IMG/VR virus record: IMGVR_UViG_3300045135_002615
Location: 62,001-126,000 of that record
Length of the DNA stretch: 64,000 bases
Strand: one strand, 5' to 3'
Of this stretch, positions 45,542 to 54,385 are shown in pieces (positions within the stretch are counted from its first letter, which is position 1; every line of letters starts with the position of its first letter). The notes under the pieces are model-generated. The model did no database searches and was not told the origin of the DNA. It saw only the letters and a program-made list of their open reading frames with translations. The position numbers and the translations under genes are program-made.

Positions 45542-45994
45542 TTATGCGTTGCGGTAGTCAAGGACAAGAGCAAGGACATCAGACTGAGCCCAACCCATTG
45601 AAGGGATGAATGTAGCCTGCTCACCTTGCTTGATGATGTCACCTGACAAGACACAGGTGACATCACACTTGACCTCGTGGACGGTTGCAGTTGAGAGCCC
45701 CGCTGAACGAGGGATCTTGATCTTCTTGAGATCTACCCCCCTGTCCTGCCCCATCTTGATGATTTCCGCCTTCACCTTGCGAGCCTCCTTGCGAGCCTCC
45801 TTGATCTCCTCCTTCTCACCTAAGCAGGCGGAGCGGAGGGGACACCCCTGACATACAGGGTCTGTCTTAACCCCCTTAGTGAAGCAAGGGGTAGCCCTCA
45901 TCATCAAAGCCATAGTGGTAGGGCATGAGGGGTCATAGAGGCTAGAGACAGCCTCGTTTGTTGCGTTCTCGATTTGCTTGTACTCGTTCATCAT
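45542..45994 (-). CDS. Cys-rich (Zn or Fe-S) protein
   Basis: CFTKGVKTDPVCQGCPLRSAC; AAGGAG SD. Confidence 0.65.
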   Translation of the reverse strand: MMNEYKQIENATNEAVSSLYDPSCPTTMALMMRATPCFTKGVKTDPVCQGCPLRSACLGEKEEIKEARKEARKVKAEIIKMGQDRGVDLKKIKIPRSAGLSTATVHEVKCDVTCVLSGDIIKQGEQATFIPSMGWAQSDVLALVLDYRNA

Positions 45995-46014
45995 GATGAT
46001 GTTCTCCTTTTCAA

Positions 46015-47154
46015 TCACATGTCAATGGGGGTAGGGGCGTCAACACTCTGCTCGTTGACAACGTCTGAGCTGAGGTAGGTGTCGATAGCACCCTGTAAGG
46101 CATCACGGTTGTGGTCCTCCATGAGGTGACCAACCACGCTCTCAAAGGTGTCCTTGAGAGCGTGGTTGAAGGTGTCTGCAAGACCCTCTGCGAGCCAATC
46201 AAGTGCGAGGCGACCCCACATCTTTGCTTGACGCAGCGTGACCTCGATACCCATGCGATCCTCGTGGCTTACACGGCGAACCGCACGAATACAATCAGAG
46301 AGGGTTTGCACCTCAAGCTCTGTGAGGACAGGGAAGGCAGCGGCGATCACCTTCTTCTCAAACGCTTGGGTGTGAGGTGGGACCATCACCGCTGAGAGGC
46401 GTGAAAGGAAGCTCGCATCCTTCGGGCGGGTGATGTTGCCACGACCCCCATCCCCATCAGCACCTGAATTGGAGGTGAGGATAACGCGAGTACCCTTGAG
46501 GACAGGGAACATCTTACCCGTCACAGGGTGGGCGATCTTCTCCTTGTCAAGCTCAGTCGTTTGGCGGAGGAACTCGACCTGCTCAGGGGTGGCTCGGTCA
46601 TAATCACTAAAGAGGATGATTGAGGGGACGGTGATCTTGAGAAGCCCCTTGTCGTCAAGCCTCTCCACCTTGTAGTTCTCCTCCTCCATCTGCTTGATGA
46701 GATCCTCACGAACCTCACTCTCAAGAGAGGAGAGATCACGCACACAGCTCACACCGCGTGTCGCACGGAGGAGATCACCATCAGTGACCTTCGTCACCGA
46801 AGCTCCGCGAACCTCAACGAGCTCAACACGAGCAAGGTAGTCAGCAGGGTTGACGCCCACCTTGAAGGCGAAGCGGGCGAGGGGGCGGTTGGTGGCATGG
46901 GCGAGGGCATCTGTCCACACCTCCTTACCCGTGCCCGCCGTGCCGTTCACTACGAGGTGGCTCTTCTTCTGAAAGAATGTGGCGAGGCGGAGAGGGTTCT
47001 TGCTTGTGGAGGTGTCCTCCACATAGTCATCAGCTCGCTCGCCTGGTAGGTAGCCTGCGTCGATGATCTCCTGCTCGGTGAGAGGGGATACGACTCGCTT
47101 GATGCCGAAGAACGACACCGTCTGAAGTTTATTAAAGTTAGGTGCTGAACGCAT
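46015..47154 (-). CDS. MoxR/CobS-like AAA+ ATPase with non-canonical Walker motifs
   Basis: GTAGTGKE; ILFSDYDRA; sensor-1 LTSNS; D.SFLSRL arginine finger; partner vWA genes adjacent. Confidence 0.8.
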   Translation of the reverse strand: MRSAPNFNKLQTVSFFGIKRVVSPLTEQEIIDAGYLPGERADDYVEDTSTSKNPLRLATFFQKKSHLVVNGTAGTGKEVWTDALAHATNRPLARFAFKVGVNPADYLARVELVEVRGASVTKVTDGDLLRATRGVSCVRDLSSLESEVREDLIKQMEEENYKVERLDDKGLLKITVPSIILFSDYDRATPEQVEFLRQTTELDKEKIAHPVTGKMFPVLKGTRVILTSNSGADGDGGRGNITRPKDASFLSRLSAVMVPPHTQAFEKKVIAAAFPVLTELEVQTLSDCIRAVRRVSHEDRMGIEVTLRQAKMWGRLALDWLAEGLADTFNHALKDTFESVVGHLMEDHNRDALQGAIDTYLSSDVVNEQSVDAPTPIDM

Positions 47155-47231
47155 CTATAGTTTCCTTTGTGTTAGGTGTTAGTGGTAGAGGCGATCAGTG
47201 CCTCTCTTGCTTACTTATATAAAGTAGAGAT

Positions 47232-47259
47232 CGGGGGGGAGTAGTTTAAGTCCCCCCCG
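47232..47259. repeat. 9-bp inverted repeat at the centre of the divergent block
   Basis: CGGGGGGGA-N10-TCCCCCCCG. Confidence 0.8.
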
Positions 47260-47287
47260 TACACTCTTTCATATAAATATGTACATG

Positions 47288-47330
47288 AGGAGACGCACAG
47301 TGTGTCTCCTACTCAATGACAGGAGACACA
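47288..47330 (+). promoter_or_regulatory. Two mutually exclusive hairpins at the RBS of the CobT-like gene
   Basis: AGGAGACGCA - TGTGTCTCCT - AGGAGACACA(TG). Confidence 0.65.
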
Positions 47331-49018
47331 TGAAAACTGACAAAGACAAAGACTACACGAAGCGTGACCCTCTCGCCTTCGCACAAGGGGCGTTTAAGGG
47401 TATCCTTAGCCACCTCCCACCAGGTGTACAGGTGAGACGGGGTGGTAATACATTTGCGATTGGGGCTAGGTTCCCTTGGCTCTGCTTCGCCTCCGCCATG
47501 AGCAGGGGCTCATCTCGGATCAGCGAAATATACTCCAACGCTGAGTACTATTACAGGAGGGGGTCGGAGAGTGTGGTGCTCTACCTCCCTGCCCCCTCCG
47601 CCGCAGGGGTGAGCACCATCAATGCCTCCGCAGCGGTGGGTGGTGGAATGCACGAGGCGGGGCATGGTATCTGTGATTGTGCAAACGACCCAATGCCGAC
47701 CCTTCAGGAGTTTAAGAACAAGGTGGGCAAGCACATCCGAGCGGATGTGAACTACATGAAGGCTGAGATCTTCAAGTGGACGAACGTCTACGCGGACATT
47801 CGCCTTGAGAACGGAATGGCTAAGCTCTTCCCCCTCACGAAGGTTCGCTTCTTCGCTATTCAGAAGTGGATCCACACCCTTGAGTCTAAGGGTCGTGGTA
47901 AGACCTTCGCGGGAGACTTCCTCATGGCTCTTAGAGATAAGGGCAAGGGGTGGGTCAACGAGGAGAGCGAGGCGGTCTATCAAGAGTACTCACAAGATGC
48001 CCGTGACCTAGTAGACGAGATGGAGGAGTACATCAAGATGGTTCTCCCCAAGACCACCGATTGGACTACGACTGCACACACGCCGTTGCTCGCGGCGATC
48101 TTGACCATCAACAAGCTCCATGACATGAAGCAAGAGCAAGAGAAGGAGCAAGAGAAGGAGCAACAGGAGCAGAGTCAACAGGAGCAGAGTCAACAGGAGC
48201 AGAGTCAACCTGACGATCAGTCTCAAGGTAGTGGTGACTCACAAGGTGAGGGTCAAAGCTCTCAGCAAGAGTGTGATCAATCTCAAGGTGGTCAGGGTGG
48301 TCAAGAGAGTGGTGGTCAAGAGAGTGGTGGTCAAGAGAGTGGTGATCAAGAGAGTGGTGATCAAGAGAGTGGTGGTCAAGAGAGTGGTGATCAAGAGAGT
48401 GGTGGTCAAGAGAGTGGTGATCAAGAGAGTGGTGGTCAAGGTGATCAAGAGAGTGGTGGTCAAGGTGATCAAGAGAGTGGTGGTCAAGCTCAAGGCGGTC
48501 AAGGAGGGCTAGACGACCTGCTCAACTCAAACAGAGGTGACCTCATGGACACTGCCAAGAAGTCACTAAGTGACCTCTCCAATGACCGCCTCTCAGATGG
48601 TATGAGAGACCTCCTTAATGAGAAGGTAGATGAGGCTCTTGAGGAGGTTGAAAAATACCTTCAAGGAGACAAGGATGCTCTCAGTGATCTTACTCAGATG
48701 GAGAAGCTCATATACATTCATGCCCTTGAGATGATCAAAGACGCTCTAGAGAGTGGTGACGATGAGGCTCTTGAGGAGGCACTCAAGAAGTTACTCCAAC
48801 AACAGGGCGAGGGCGAGGAGAAGGGTACAGAGGCAGGTAAGGAAGAGACCCAATGGATTGACATCGACAGCCTCCTTGATGGTCAGGGTGAAGTCCTCGA
48901 CCCCTCATCAGCCATGAAGAAGGACTTTAAGGCTCAAGAGGCACTCCTTGACCACAAGGTCTATGTGCCAAATGGCATCCCCATGATTCGCTCTAAGGTC
49001 AACCCCCGTATCCGCTAA
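47330..49018 (+). CDS. CobT-like N-terminal protein (HExxH) with acidic QESGG/QESGD linker
   Basis: MHEAGH; TNVYADIRLE; AGGAG SD before ATG at 47330. Confidence 0.7.
   Translation: MKTDKDKDYTKRDPLAFAQGAFKGILSHLPPGVQVRRGGNTFAIGARFPWLCFASAMSRGSSRISEIYSNAEYYYRRGSESVVLYLPAPSAAGVSTINASAAVGGGMHEAGHGICDCANDPMPTLQEFKNKVGKHIRADVNYMKAEIFKWTNVYADIRLENGMAKLFPLTKVRFFAIQKWIHTLESKGRGKTFAGDFLMALRDKGKGWVNEESEAVYQEYSQDARDLVDEMEEYIKMVLPKTTDWTTTAHTPLLAAILTINKLHDMKQEQEKEQEKEQQEQSQQEQSQQEQSQPDDQSQGSGDSQGEGQSSQQECDQSQGGQGGQESGGQESGGQESGDQESGDQESGGQESGDQESGGQESGDQESGGQGDQESGGQGDQESGGQAQGGQGGLDDLLNSNRGDLMDTAKKSLSDLSNDRLSDGMRDLLNEKVDEALEEVEKYLQGDKDALSDLTQMEKLIYIHALEMIKDALESGDDEALEEALKKLLQQQGEGEEKGTEAGKEETQWIDIDSLLDGQGEVLDPSSAMKKDFKAQEALLDHKVYVPNGIPMIRSKVNPRIR
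48302..48487 (+). repeat. 15-bp tandem repeat CAAGAGAGTGGTG(G/A)T encoding QESG(G/D)
   Basis: About 11 copies read directly; preceded by three QQEQS-coding repeats. Confidence 0.9.
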
Positions 49019-49054
49019 TCACACCCACACACAAACCCCTAAAGGAGGGAACAC

Positions 49055-49873
49055 ATGACACAACGTAAAACAAAAGAACTCATCGCTAAGATGAACAAGA
49101 GCGTCAACAAGCTACGCCGCGAGCTTGAGGTGCAGAACCTCGCAGAGGGTACTCACTACATGGGCACACAGCTCAACCGATCAGCCCTCGTCAAGGGCGT
49201 GGTTCAAGCTAAGGTTCATATGCAACCCCGCGACCTCTACCACAAGGTCTACCGTGACCCTGATGTCGATGCCGCCTTCTCCTTTGCAATCGACAGCTCA
49301 AGCTCGATGCATTGGAACTACACCCCAGAAGGCACTGACTATTGGAAGGAGTGTCACTACCTACTAGACGCACTCCACCTCACGCTTGATCGTATCGGCA
49401 TCAAGACCGCCTCTGCCTCTGCGGGCTACTCAGGGAGTTATTATGAAAAAGGGGCTACGGGTGCTTCCACATCACTCACACCTGTCGCAAAGGTCTACAA
49501 GGAGTTCCATGAGAGATGGACTCCAAGTAGCTACAAGAAGTTCACCCTCAAGGCGAACAGCGGAACGTGCATCATCTCATGGGCGGAGGTTGCATGGCAA
49601 CTCGCTCGTGAGAGCGATGCTCAATACCGCATGGCGTTCTTCCTCACTGATGGAGAGGATATTGGAGCACGACCTTACCTTGAGAGTATGAGGGTTCAAG
49701 CCCTCTCTGAGGGTATCATCCTTGTAGGTATCGGACTTGGAATGAGCGGGGTCGGATTACCAAATGGTATCAGCGGTCTAAATGCTGAGCAGATTTCCGC
49801 ACATATGCTCGATCACTTGTATAAGATCATCAAGGCAGGTGGTCAAGCATCTGTCGAGACCAAAGTGGGCTGA
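49055..49873 (+). CDS. Stand-alone vWA (CobT C-terminal-like) domain protein
   Basis: MIDAS DSSSS, T (NSGT), FFLTDGE; own AAAGGAGG SD. Confidence 0.85.
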   Translation: MTQRKTKELIAKMNKSVNKLRRELEVQNLAEGTHYMGTQLNRSALVKGVVQAKVHMQPRDLYHKVYRDPDVDAAFSFAIDSSSSMHWNYTPEGTDYWKECHYLLDALHLTLDRIGIKTASASAGYSGSYYEKGATGASTSLTPVAKVYKEFHERWTPSSYKKFTLKANSGTCIISWAEVAWQLARESDAQYRMAFFLTDGEDIGARPYLESMRVQALSEGIILVGIGLGMSGVGLPNGISGLNAEQISAHMLDHLYKIIKAGGQASVETKVG

Positions 49874-49910
49874 CCATTGGGGTCGCCCCCTTAACCATTG
49901 GAGTTCCATT

Positions 49911-50264
49911 ATGGACACTTCTAAAAGCAAGCTCCTTCTCCTCTCCTCTCTCAAGCTTCAAGGACCTCTCACGGCGATTGAGGCGGCCGAGACCCTCGGT
50001 GGTGACTACTCCTCTGTGTACTCACAGCTTCAGTCCCTCACCATCGCGGGCATGATCCGCAAGGTCGGCACTCGCAAGAACGCCACCTACGAGCTCGTGG
50101 AGAACTTCTCTATCTCTCCCTCAGAGGGCATCGCCCTCATGGAGCACCTCAAGGCTAACACCGACGAGGTCAACCGCCTGGAGCTGATCGTGAAGCACAA
50201 GAAGGCTGAGCTTGAGGTCACCCGTGACGCTATCAAGTCGATGATCGAGGATCACCTCAACTGA
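49911..50264 (+). CDS. Winged-HTH DNA-binding protein with C-terminal coiled coil
   Basis: LTAIEAAETLGGDYSSVYSQLQSL..AGMI.K; GGAG SD. Confidence 0.75.
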   Translation: MDTSKSKLLLLSSLKLQGPLTAIEAAETLGGDYSSVYSQLQSLTIAGMIRKVGTRKNATYELVENFSISPSEGIALMEHLKANTDEVNRLELIVKHKKAELEVTRDAIKSMIEDHLN

Positions 50265-50293
50265 TAGAACCGCTCACAACGTGACCGCTCCCT

Positions 50294-50356
50294 GAGCCCC
50301 CCTCTCTCCCACACGCCCCCTCAAGGGCAGGGTTGAGAGGGGGGCTCTTTTTTTTT
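50294..50356 (+). terminator. Strong rho-independent terminator
   Basis: Perfect 13-bp stem GAGCCCCCCTCTC / GAGAGGGGGGCTC plus T-tract. Confidence 0.85.
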
Positions 50357-50430
50357 CATTAAGCCCCTCCGCCCACTAATGAAATCAGATAATGGAGACA
50401 CAACACACACATGACACAAGGACAGCACAC

Positions 50431-50943
50431 ATGCAGAAGTACACACAAGTCAAACTCTCCAATCAGGACAAGGGCTACACCTTCACTCTCGATTACACCA
50501 TCCCTTACCGCCAGGTACTCCTTGAGCGAGTACGCCGCCTTGAGTGGTTCATCAACAACAACTCATTAGAGCAGGCTACAAGCCTCATCCAAGAGGTTTT
50601 GGGCGACAGGGCTACCATCACCACCAAAGAGGTTGATAAGGCTCTTAGAGGACAGAAGGGGATGCTCACGAGTCACTACCTCTCACTTGAGGGTAAGAAC
50701 AACCTCGGACCTCGCAACCTCCCACTCACTCGTCACGAGGGTACACCCATCATGACCGATGCTGAAGGCGGTGAGTGGGTGCGTGGTGTCGTGGTTGACG
50801 GGCGTGTACCCCGCCTCCGTAACGTCACTAACAGCCTCTCTATGATTCGACTCATCGTTGAAGCCAAACTTGAGCTGCCCATCTACACCAGGTGGCGGCT
50901 CCAATCAGGCGATGAGACCGTTGACCGCAACCCTATCAACTAA
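50431..50943 (+). CDS. Hypothetical protein (start could be 50392)
   Basis: ORF with block-typical C-ending codons; AAGGA SD. Confidence 0.65.
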   Translation: MQKYTQVKLSNQDKGYTFTLDYTIPYRQVLLERVRRLEWFINNNSLEQATSLIQEVLGDRATITTKEVDKALRGQKGMLTSHYLSLEGKNNLGPRNLPLTRHEGTPIMTDAEGGEWVRGVVVDGRVPRLRNVTNSLSMIRLIVEAKLELPIYTRWRLQSGDETVDRNPIN

Positions 50944-50955
50944 GGAACACTACAC

Positions 50956-51195
50956 ATGGCACTCACCAAAGACACGTTCAAGACACCCCTCAAGCGTATC
51001 GTCACAGGCACAATCGACCTTGACGGCTTCACTCTCCATCAGGTAGCCATCACCCAAGACGACTACCAAGCACTCATCGAGTTCACCAAGGTCGCATCTA
51101 ACGTCACCCTCGTAGACTCCCCCGCTGTGCTTGAGGTCGGGGATACCATCATCACACCAACTACGCTCACTCAGCTCATCAAGGAGAACACCTAA
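50956..51195 (+). CDS. Hypothetical protein
   Basis: AAGGA SD; coupled to the next gene. Confidence 0.65.
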   Translation: MALTKDTFKTPLKRIVTGTIDLDGFTLHQVAITQDDYQALIEFTKVASNVTLVDSPAVLEVGDTIITPTTLTQLIKENT

Positions 51196-51968
51196 TGGCT
51201 AACCTCTTTGCAACCATCATGCGTGACAACATCACCTTCGTCCTCCAAGACAGGACGCTGAAGAAGAAGGACATCCTCACTGAGTACTGCACCCACCAAG
51301 GCGTCGCTGACAAGGAAGCGTTCGGACACCTACCCTCTGGCGGTAGCCTCCTTGAGTCCAATGCCACCAATACGCTTACATGGCTCATCAAGGCGGGTAC
51401 GATCAAGTCACCTAAGCGAGGCGTCTATCAGATGGTCGAGGGGGTCGCTCCTGCAACTGCCTTTACAAAGCACGCTCTCAACGAAGAGACACACGATGAC
51501 GCAGAGACCTCTCAAGAGACCCTACCAAGCCTTGAGGAGTACCTAGAGGAGCAACCCCTCCACACCCTTGAGCATGAGCTCATGTCTACTCTTGAGTTCC
51601 ACCCTCTCCATCTCAAGTACACGCTCCAAAGCGGCGAGGTCGTTGAAGGCAAGTTCATGGTGTCACGCACACCCGATGCCTTCGTCATCACTCAGAAGGG
51701 GCGTAAGGACTCTGTCCTCGTACCCGTCAATGACCTCGTCAGTACTGACCCTGAGATCCAAGCCTTCGCGGACACCGTCAAGAATGACTTCGACCACGCA
51801 GGCTCTCACAAGGGGGCTGCCAACCGACTGCTCAAGATGCTGCTCATCTGTGGACTCAAGCATGAGCACGAAGACCCCCTCGCAGGCTTCGTGGCTCCAT
51901 GCCCTGACCTCTGCCCCATCCAAGAGCTGTGGGCAGGTAAGGCTCAGATCATCAAGGAGAGCATCTGA
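51195..51968 (+). CDS. Protein with N-terminal winged-HTH-like segment
   Basis: LTWLIKAGTIKSPKRGVYQM; AAGGAG SD. Confidence 0.6.
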   Translation: MANLFATIMRDNITFVLQDRTLKKKDILTEYCTHQGVADKEAFGHLPSGGSLLESNATNTLTWLIKAGTIKSPKRGVYQMVEGVAPATAFTKHALNEETHDDAETSQETLPSLEEYLEEQPLHTLEHELMSTLEFHPLHLKYTLQSGEVVEGKFMVSRTPDAFVITQKGRKDSVLVPVNDLVSTDPEIQAFADTVKNDFDHAGSHKGAANRLLKMLLICGLKHEHEDPLAGFVAPCPDLCPIQELWAGKAQIIKESI

Positions 51969-52777
51969 TGAAGCACCTCATCGGCATGAACCTCACCCAA
52001 GCTAAAGAGGCTCTCAAGCGTGAACAGGGCGTCAAGAGGATGGGGGAGAACCGCTTCCAAGCACTCCTCAACAAGGCAATCTCTATGGGTCAGATCGCCC
52101 TTCAAGGTGACCTCATCACTGCACCCTCAGCATCCATCTTCGGGGAGACACCCTCCACTGAGACACCCAAGCCCAAGAGTGATGAGGGTACTAACCCCCT
52201 CCCTGTCAGAGCACCCCTCCCTAATGAGCTCTCTGTCGATCACCTCATCGCCCCTCGCTCATGTCCAACCACCATCACCGATGACATCCACAAGGTCAAC
52301 GCATGGCTCAAGGACATCAGCGAGGAGGCAAGGTGGCACGGGATCACCAACTTCCATGCTACCGCCACTCACCCTGAACACCCTCAAGGTGGTGGGTCGG
52401 TGTCCTTCACTCAAGACGATTCACACCCTGTCAACACCCTCAACGCTCACGCTCTCGCTCTTCTCGGTCTCACTGATCAAGCCGTACCCGACCTCTCAGA
52501 GCTACCCCGCCTCGGTGACCTCTACCACTACCGCACCTATCAAGGAAACATCGTTCAAGGTGAGGTGCTCGGTGTCTACTGCTTCATGGAGGTTGCCAAC
52601 CCTGACGGCTCCTATCAAACCGTGAGCCTCACTGAGGCGGCGGTCAAGAAGAACAAGACACCCAAGCCATACAGCCTCACTACATACCTCAGCGACAACC
52701 GCAAGCTCACCGCTGAGCGTGACCGACTGCTCAAAGAGATCGAGGAGCTCAAGGCTCTTAAGGAGGGGCTCTCTTGA
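51968..52777 (+). CDS. Hypothetical multidomain protein
   Basis: TGATG coupling; C-terminal coiled coil. Confidence 0.65.
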   Translation: MKHLIGMNLTQAKEALKREQGVKRMGENRFQALLNKAISMGQIALQGDLITAPSASIFGETPSTETPKPKSDEGTNPLPVRAPLPNELSVDHLIAPRSCPTTITDDIHKVNAWLKDISEEARWHGITNFHATATHPEHPQGGGSVSFTQDDSHPVNTLNAHALALLGLTDQAVPDLSELPRLGDLYHYRTYQGNIVQGEVLGVYCFMEVANPDGSYQTVSLTEAAVKKNKTPKPYSLTTYLSDNRKLTAERDRLLKEIEELKALKEGLS

Positions 52778-52989
52778 TGATCGACCTACTCACCGCCACC
52801 AAGTACTCATGGAGCTTCACGGGCGTCCTCGTTGCCCTCGTCATCGCCCTCACCATCTCGACCTACAACGACCTACAAGACAAAGTCGAAGCCCCCCTCC
52901 TCCGTGTCACTGGCTACGCTGTCACCCTCAGCCTCGTGCTCTCTATGAGCTACCTGATCGTGTCTCTGTCTAGGTGGGCTCTATCTTGA
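52774..52989 (+). CDS. Small two-TM membrane protein
   Basis: Two hydrophobic segments; AAGGAGG SD. Confidence 0.65.
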   Translation: MMIDLLTATKYSWSFTGVLVALVIALTISTYNDLQDKVEAPLLRVTGYAVTLSLVLSMSYLIVSLSRWALS

Positions 52990-52990
52990 G

Positions 52991-53128
52991 CGGGCGTAGC
53001 CCCTCGCCCTGCGGTCGGGCGTAGCCCCCCTCGCCCCTGCGGTCGGGCTCGATCTGCCAGAACCGCGTTAAAAAACGCGGGGTTGATGGCGGGGGTCCCA
53101 AATTGCCATATTGAAAACGCATTGAAAA
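52991..53128. repeat. GC-rich direct repeats, inverted repeat and phased TTGAAAA pair
   Basis: CGGGCGTAGC(C)nTCGC(C)nTGCGGT x2 (52991-53043); CCGCGTT/AACGCGG (53063-53080); TTGAAAA at 53111 and 53122. Confidence 0.8.
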
Positions 53129-53181
53129 TGTGACCCCGAATTTGGAACCATGTTTATAAAGAGGGTTGAAAGGACACACAC

Positions 53182-53502
53182 ATGACACTATCAAGAATAC
53201 ACAACGGAAGAAGAGAGTGGACACCACTAGCCAAACTGAGACTTAAGAGAGAGGGGGGGAGTATCTCTCCTAGCTTTGGTCAAGAGTTATTAGTTGAGCT
53301 AGAGTCCTGTAGCTTTGAAAATTATGGTCAAGCGGCATTTATGAAAGACGACTCAGGAGTATGGCTTAAGTATCATGGACCTAGTAATGGGGTGATACTC
53401 TATTGTCGCAACACACAGAAGTCAATGACATACAAAGAGATGGGTGACCTCATTAACTTATGGGGAGACATCCGTACCTTGTGGAGAGAGAGTAAAGGTT
53501 AA
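53182..53502 (+). CDS. Hypothetical protein
   Basis: AAAGGA SD; isolated ORF. Confidence 0.6.
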   Translation: MTLSRIHNGRREWTPLAKLRLKREGGSISPSFGQELLVELESCSFENYGQAAFMKDDSGVWLKYHGPSNGVILYCRNTQKSMTYKEMGDLINLWGDIRTLWRESKG

Positions 53503-53670
53503 GCCTCTCAGGGAGGGGGGGTCTTATATATGAGCCGTTTCCGTGTTCAAGGGTGAGGTGGGCTTGCCTCGTATATTATTTGGGTTTGGTTTTTTGAGGG
53601 TTGATTTCAAACCCCATATCAGTTGTCGTTCTATAATCGTGTTAGGAACACACACATAAAGGAGAGCCAA

Positions 53671-54321
53671 ATGGCGAAGAAGTTACCGAAGAGTTATGTA
53701 GAGAAGATGAAGATCCTAGACATGTTGAAGTCTAGGTCATTGAATAGTCTCCGTAAGGAGTGGATTGTGGCGGCGGCTAAGAATCGTCATTTACCTAAAG
53801 AGGTGAAGGCGGGGTTACGTTTGCATTTAAAGCGAAGGGCTAAGATAGAGGAGTTAGAAGATGCTCAGAGGTTACTTAGTCGAGAGGTAGGTAGGATGAG
53901 TGCGGAGGAGTACGAGAGGAGTGTTGTCTCTTTGGATGCTGAGATTGCGGGGGTGGTGAAGAAGGTAGAAGAGGTATTGAAGAGTGTAGAGGTGACCTAC
54001 AAGGGTAAGAGGGGGAAGATATATGGTTACCTCAAGAGAGGGAGTAGTCCAGGTTATGTGCTTAATGTGGATTTGATGATAGGGCAGTTTGAGCGTAACT
54101 ATTGGGGTCGTGCGGGTACGTTCATGGCTCGTGGGACAATGGTTTCACTATTGAGTGAGGATGAGAGTGAGGAGTTACGGGCAGAGGTGAGTAAAGAGTT
54201 AAGGCGTAAGATGGAGAGGGCAGGTATGGAGGGCAAGTTGCTTGAGACGAGTAGCTTGATTTATGGGGCGGGTTGGTATTTGACGAAGCAACAGGTATTG
54301 AACTATTTAGCGGGGGGGTGA
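53671..54321 (+). CDS. Basic late protein, 216 aa
   Basis: AAAGGAG SD before ATG at 53671; TCTATAAT about 37 nt upstream. Confidence 0.7.
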   Translation: MAKKLPKSYVEKMKILDMLKSRSLNSLRKEWIVAAAKNRHLPKEVKAGLRLHLKRRAKIEELEDAQRLLSREVGRMSAEEYERSVVSLDAEIAGVVKKVEEVLKSVEVTYKGKRGKIYGYLKRGSSPGYVLNVDLMIGQFERNYWGRAGTFMARGTMVSLLSEDESEELRAEVSKELRRKMERAGMEGKLLETSSLIYGAGWYLTKQQVLNYLAGG

Positions 54322-54326
54322 GTTCA

Positions 54327-54339
54327 ATAAAGCCTTTAT
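54327..54339 (+). promoter_or_regulatory. Late-promoter motif ATA-AAGCC-TTTAT
   Basis: 47 nt upstream of ATG 54386. Confidence 0.65.
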
Positions 54340-54385
54340 TAGTGTGTATGGAGCATGAAGTCCCGCATAGAGAGGATCATGTGAC

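Noticed and set aside
48008-48512. Poly-Leu, poly-Thr/Leu and VVKR ORFs
   Set aside because: Alternative-frame readouts of the QESGG and QQEQS repeats
49018-49055. Frameshift or pseudogene joining CobT-N and vWA
   Set aside because: Clean stop, 36-nt spacer and an independent strong SD indicate a real split
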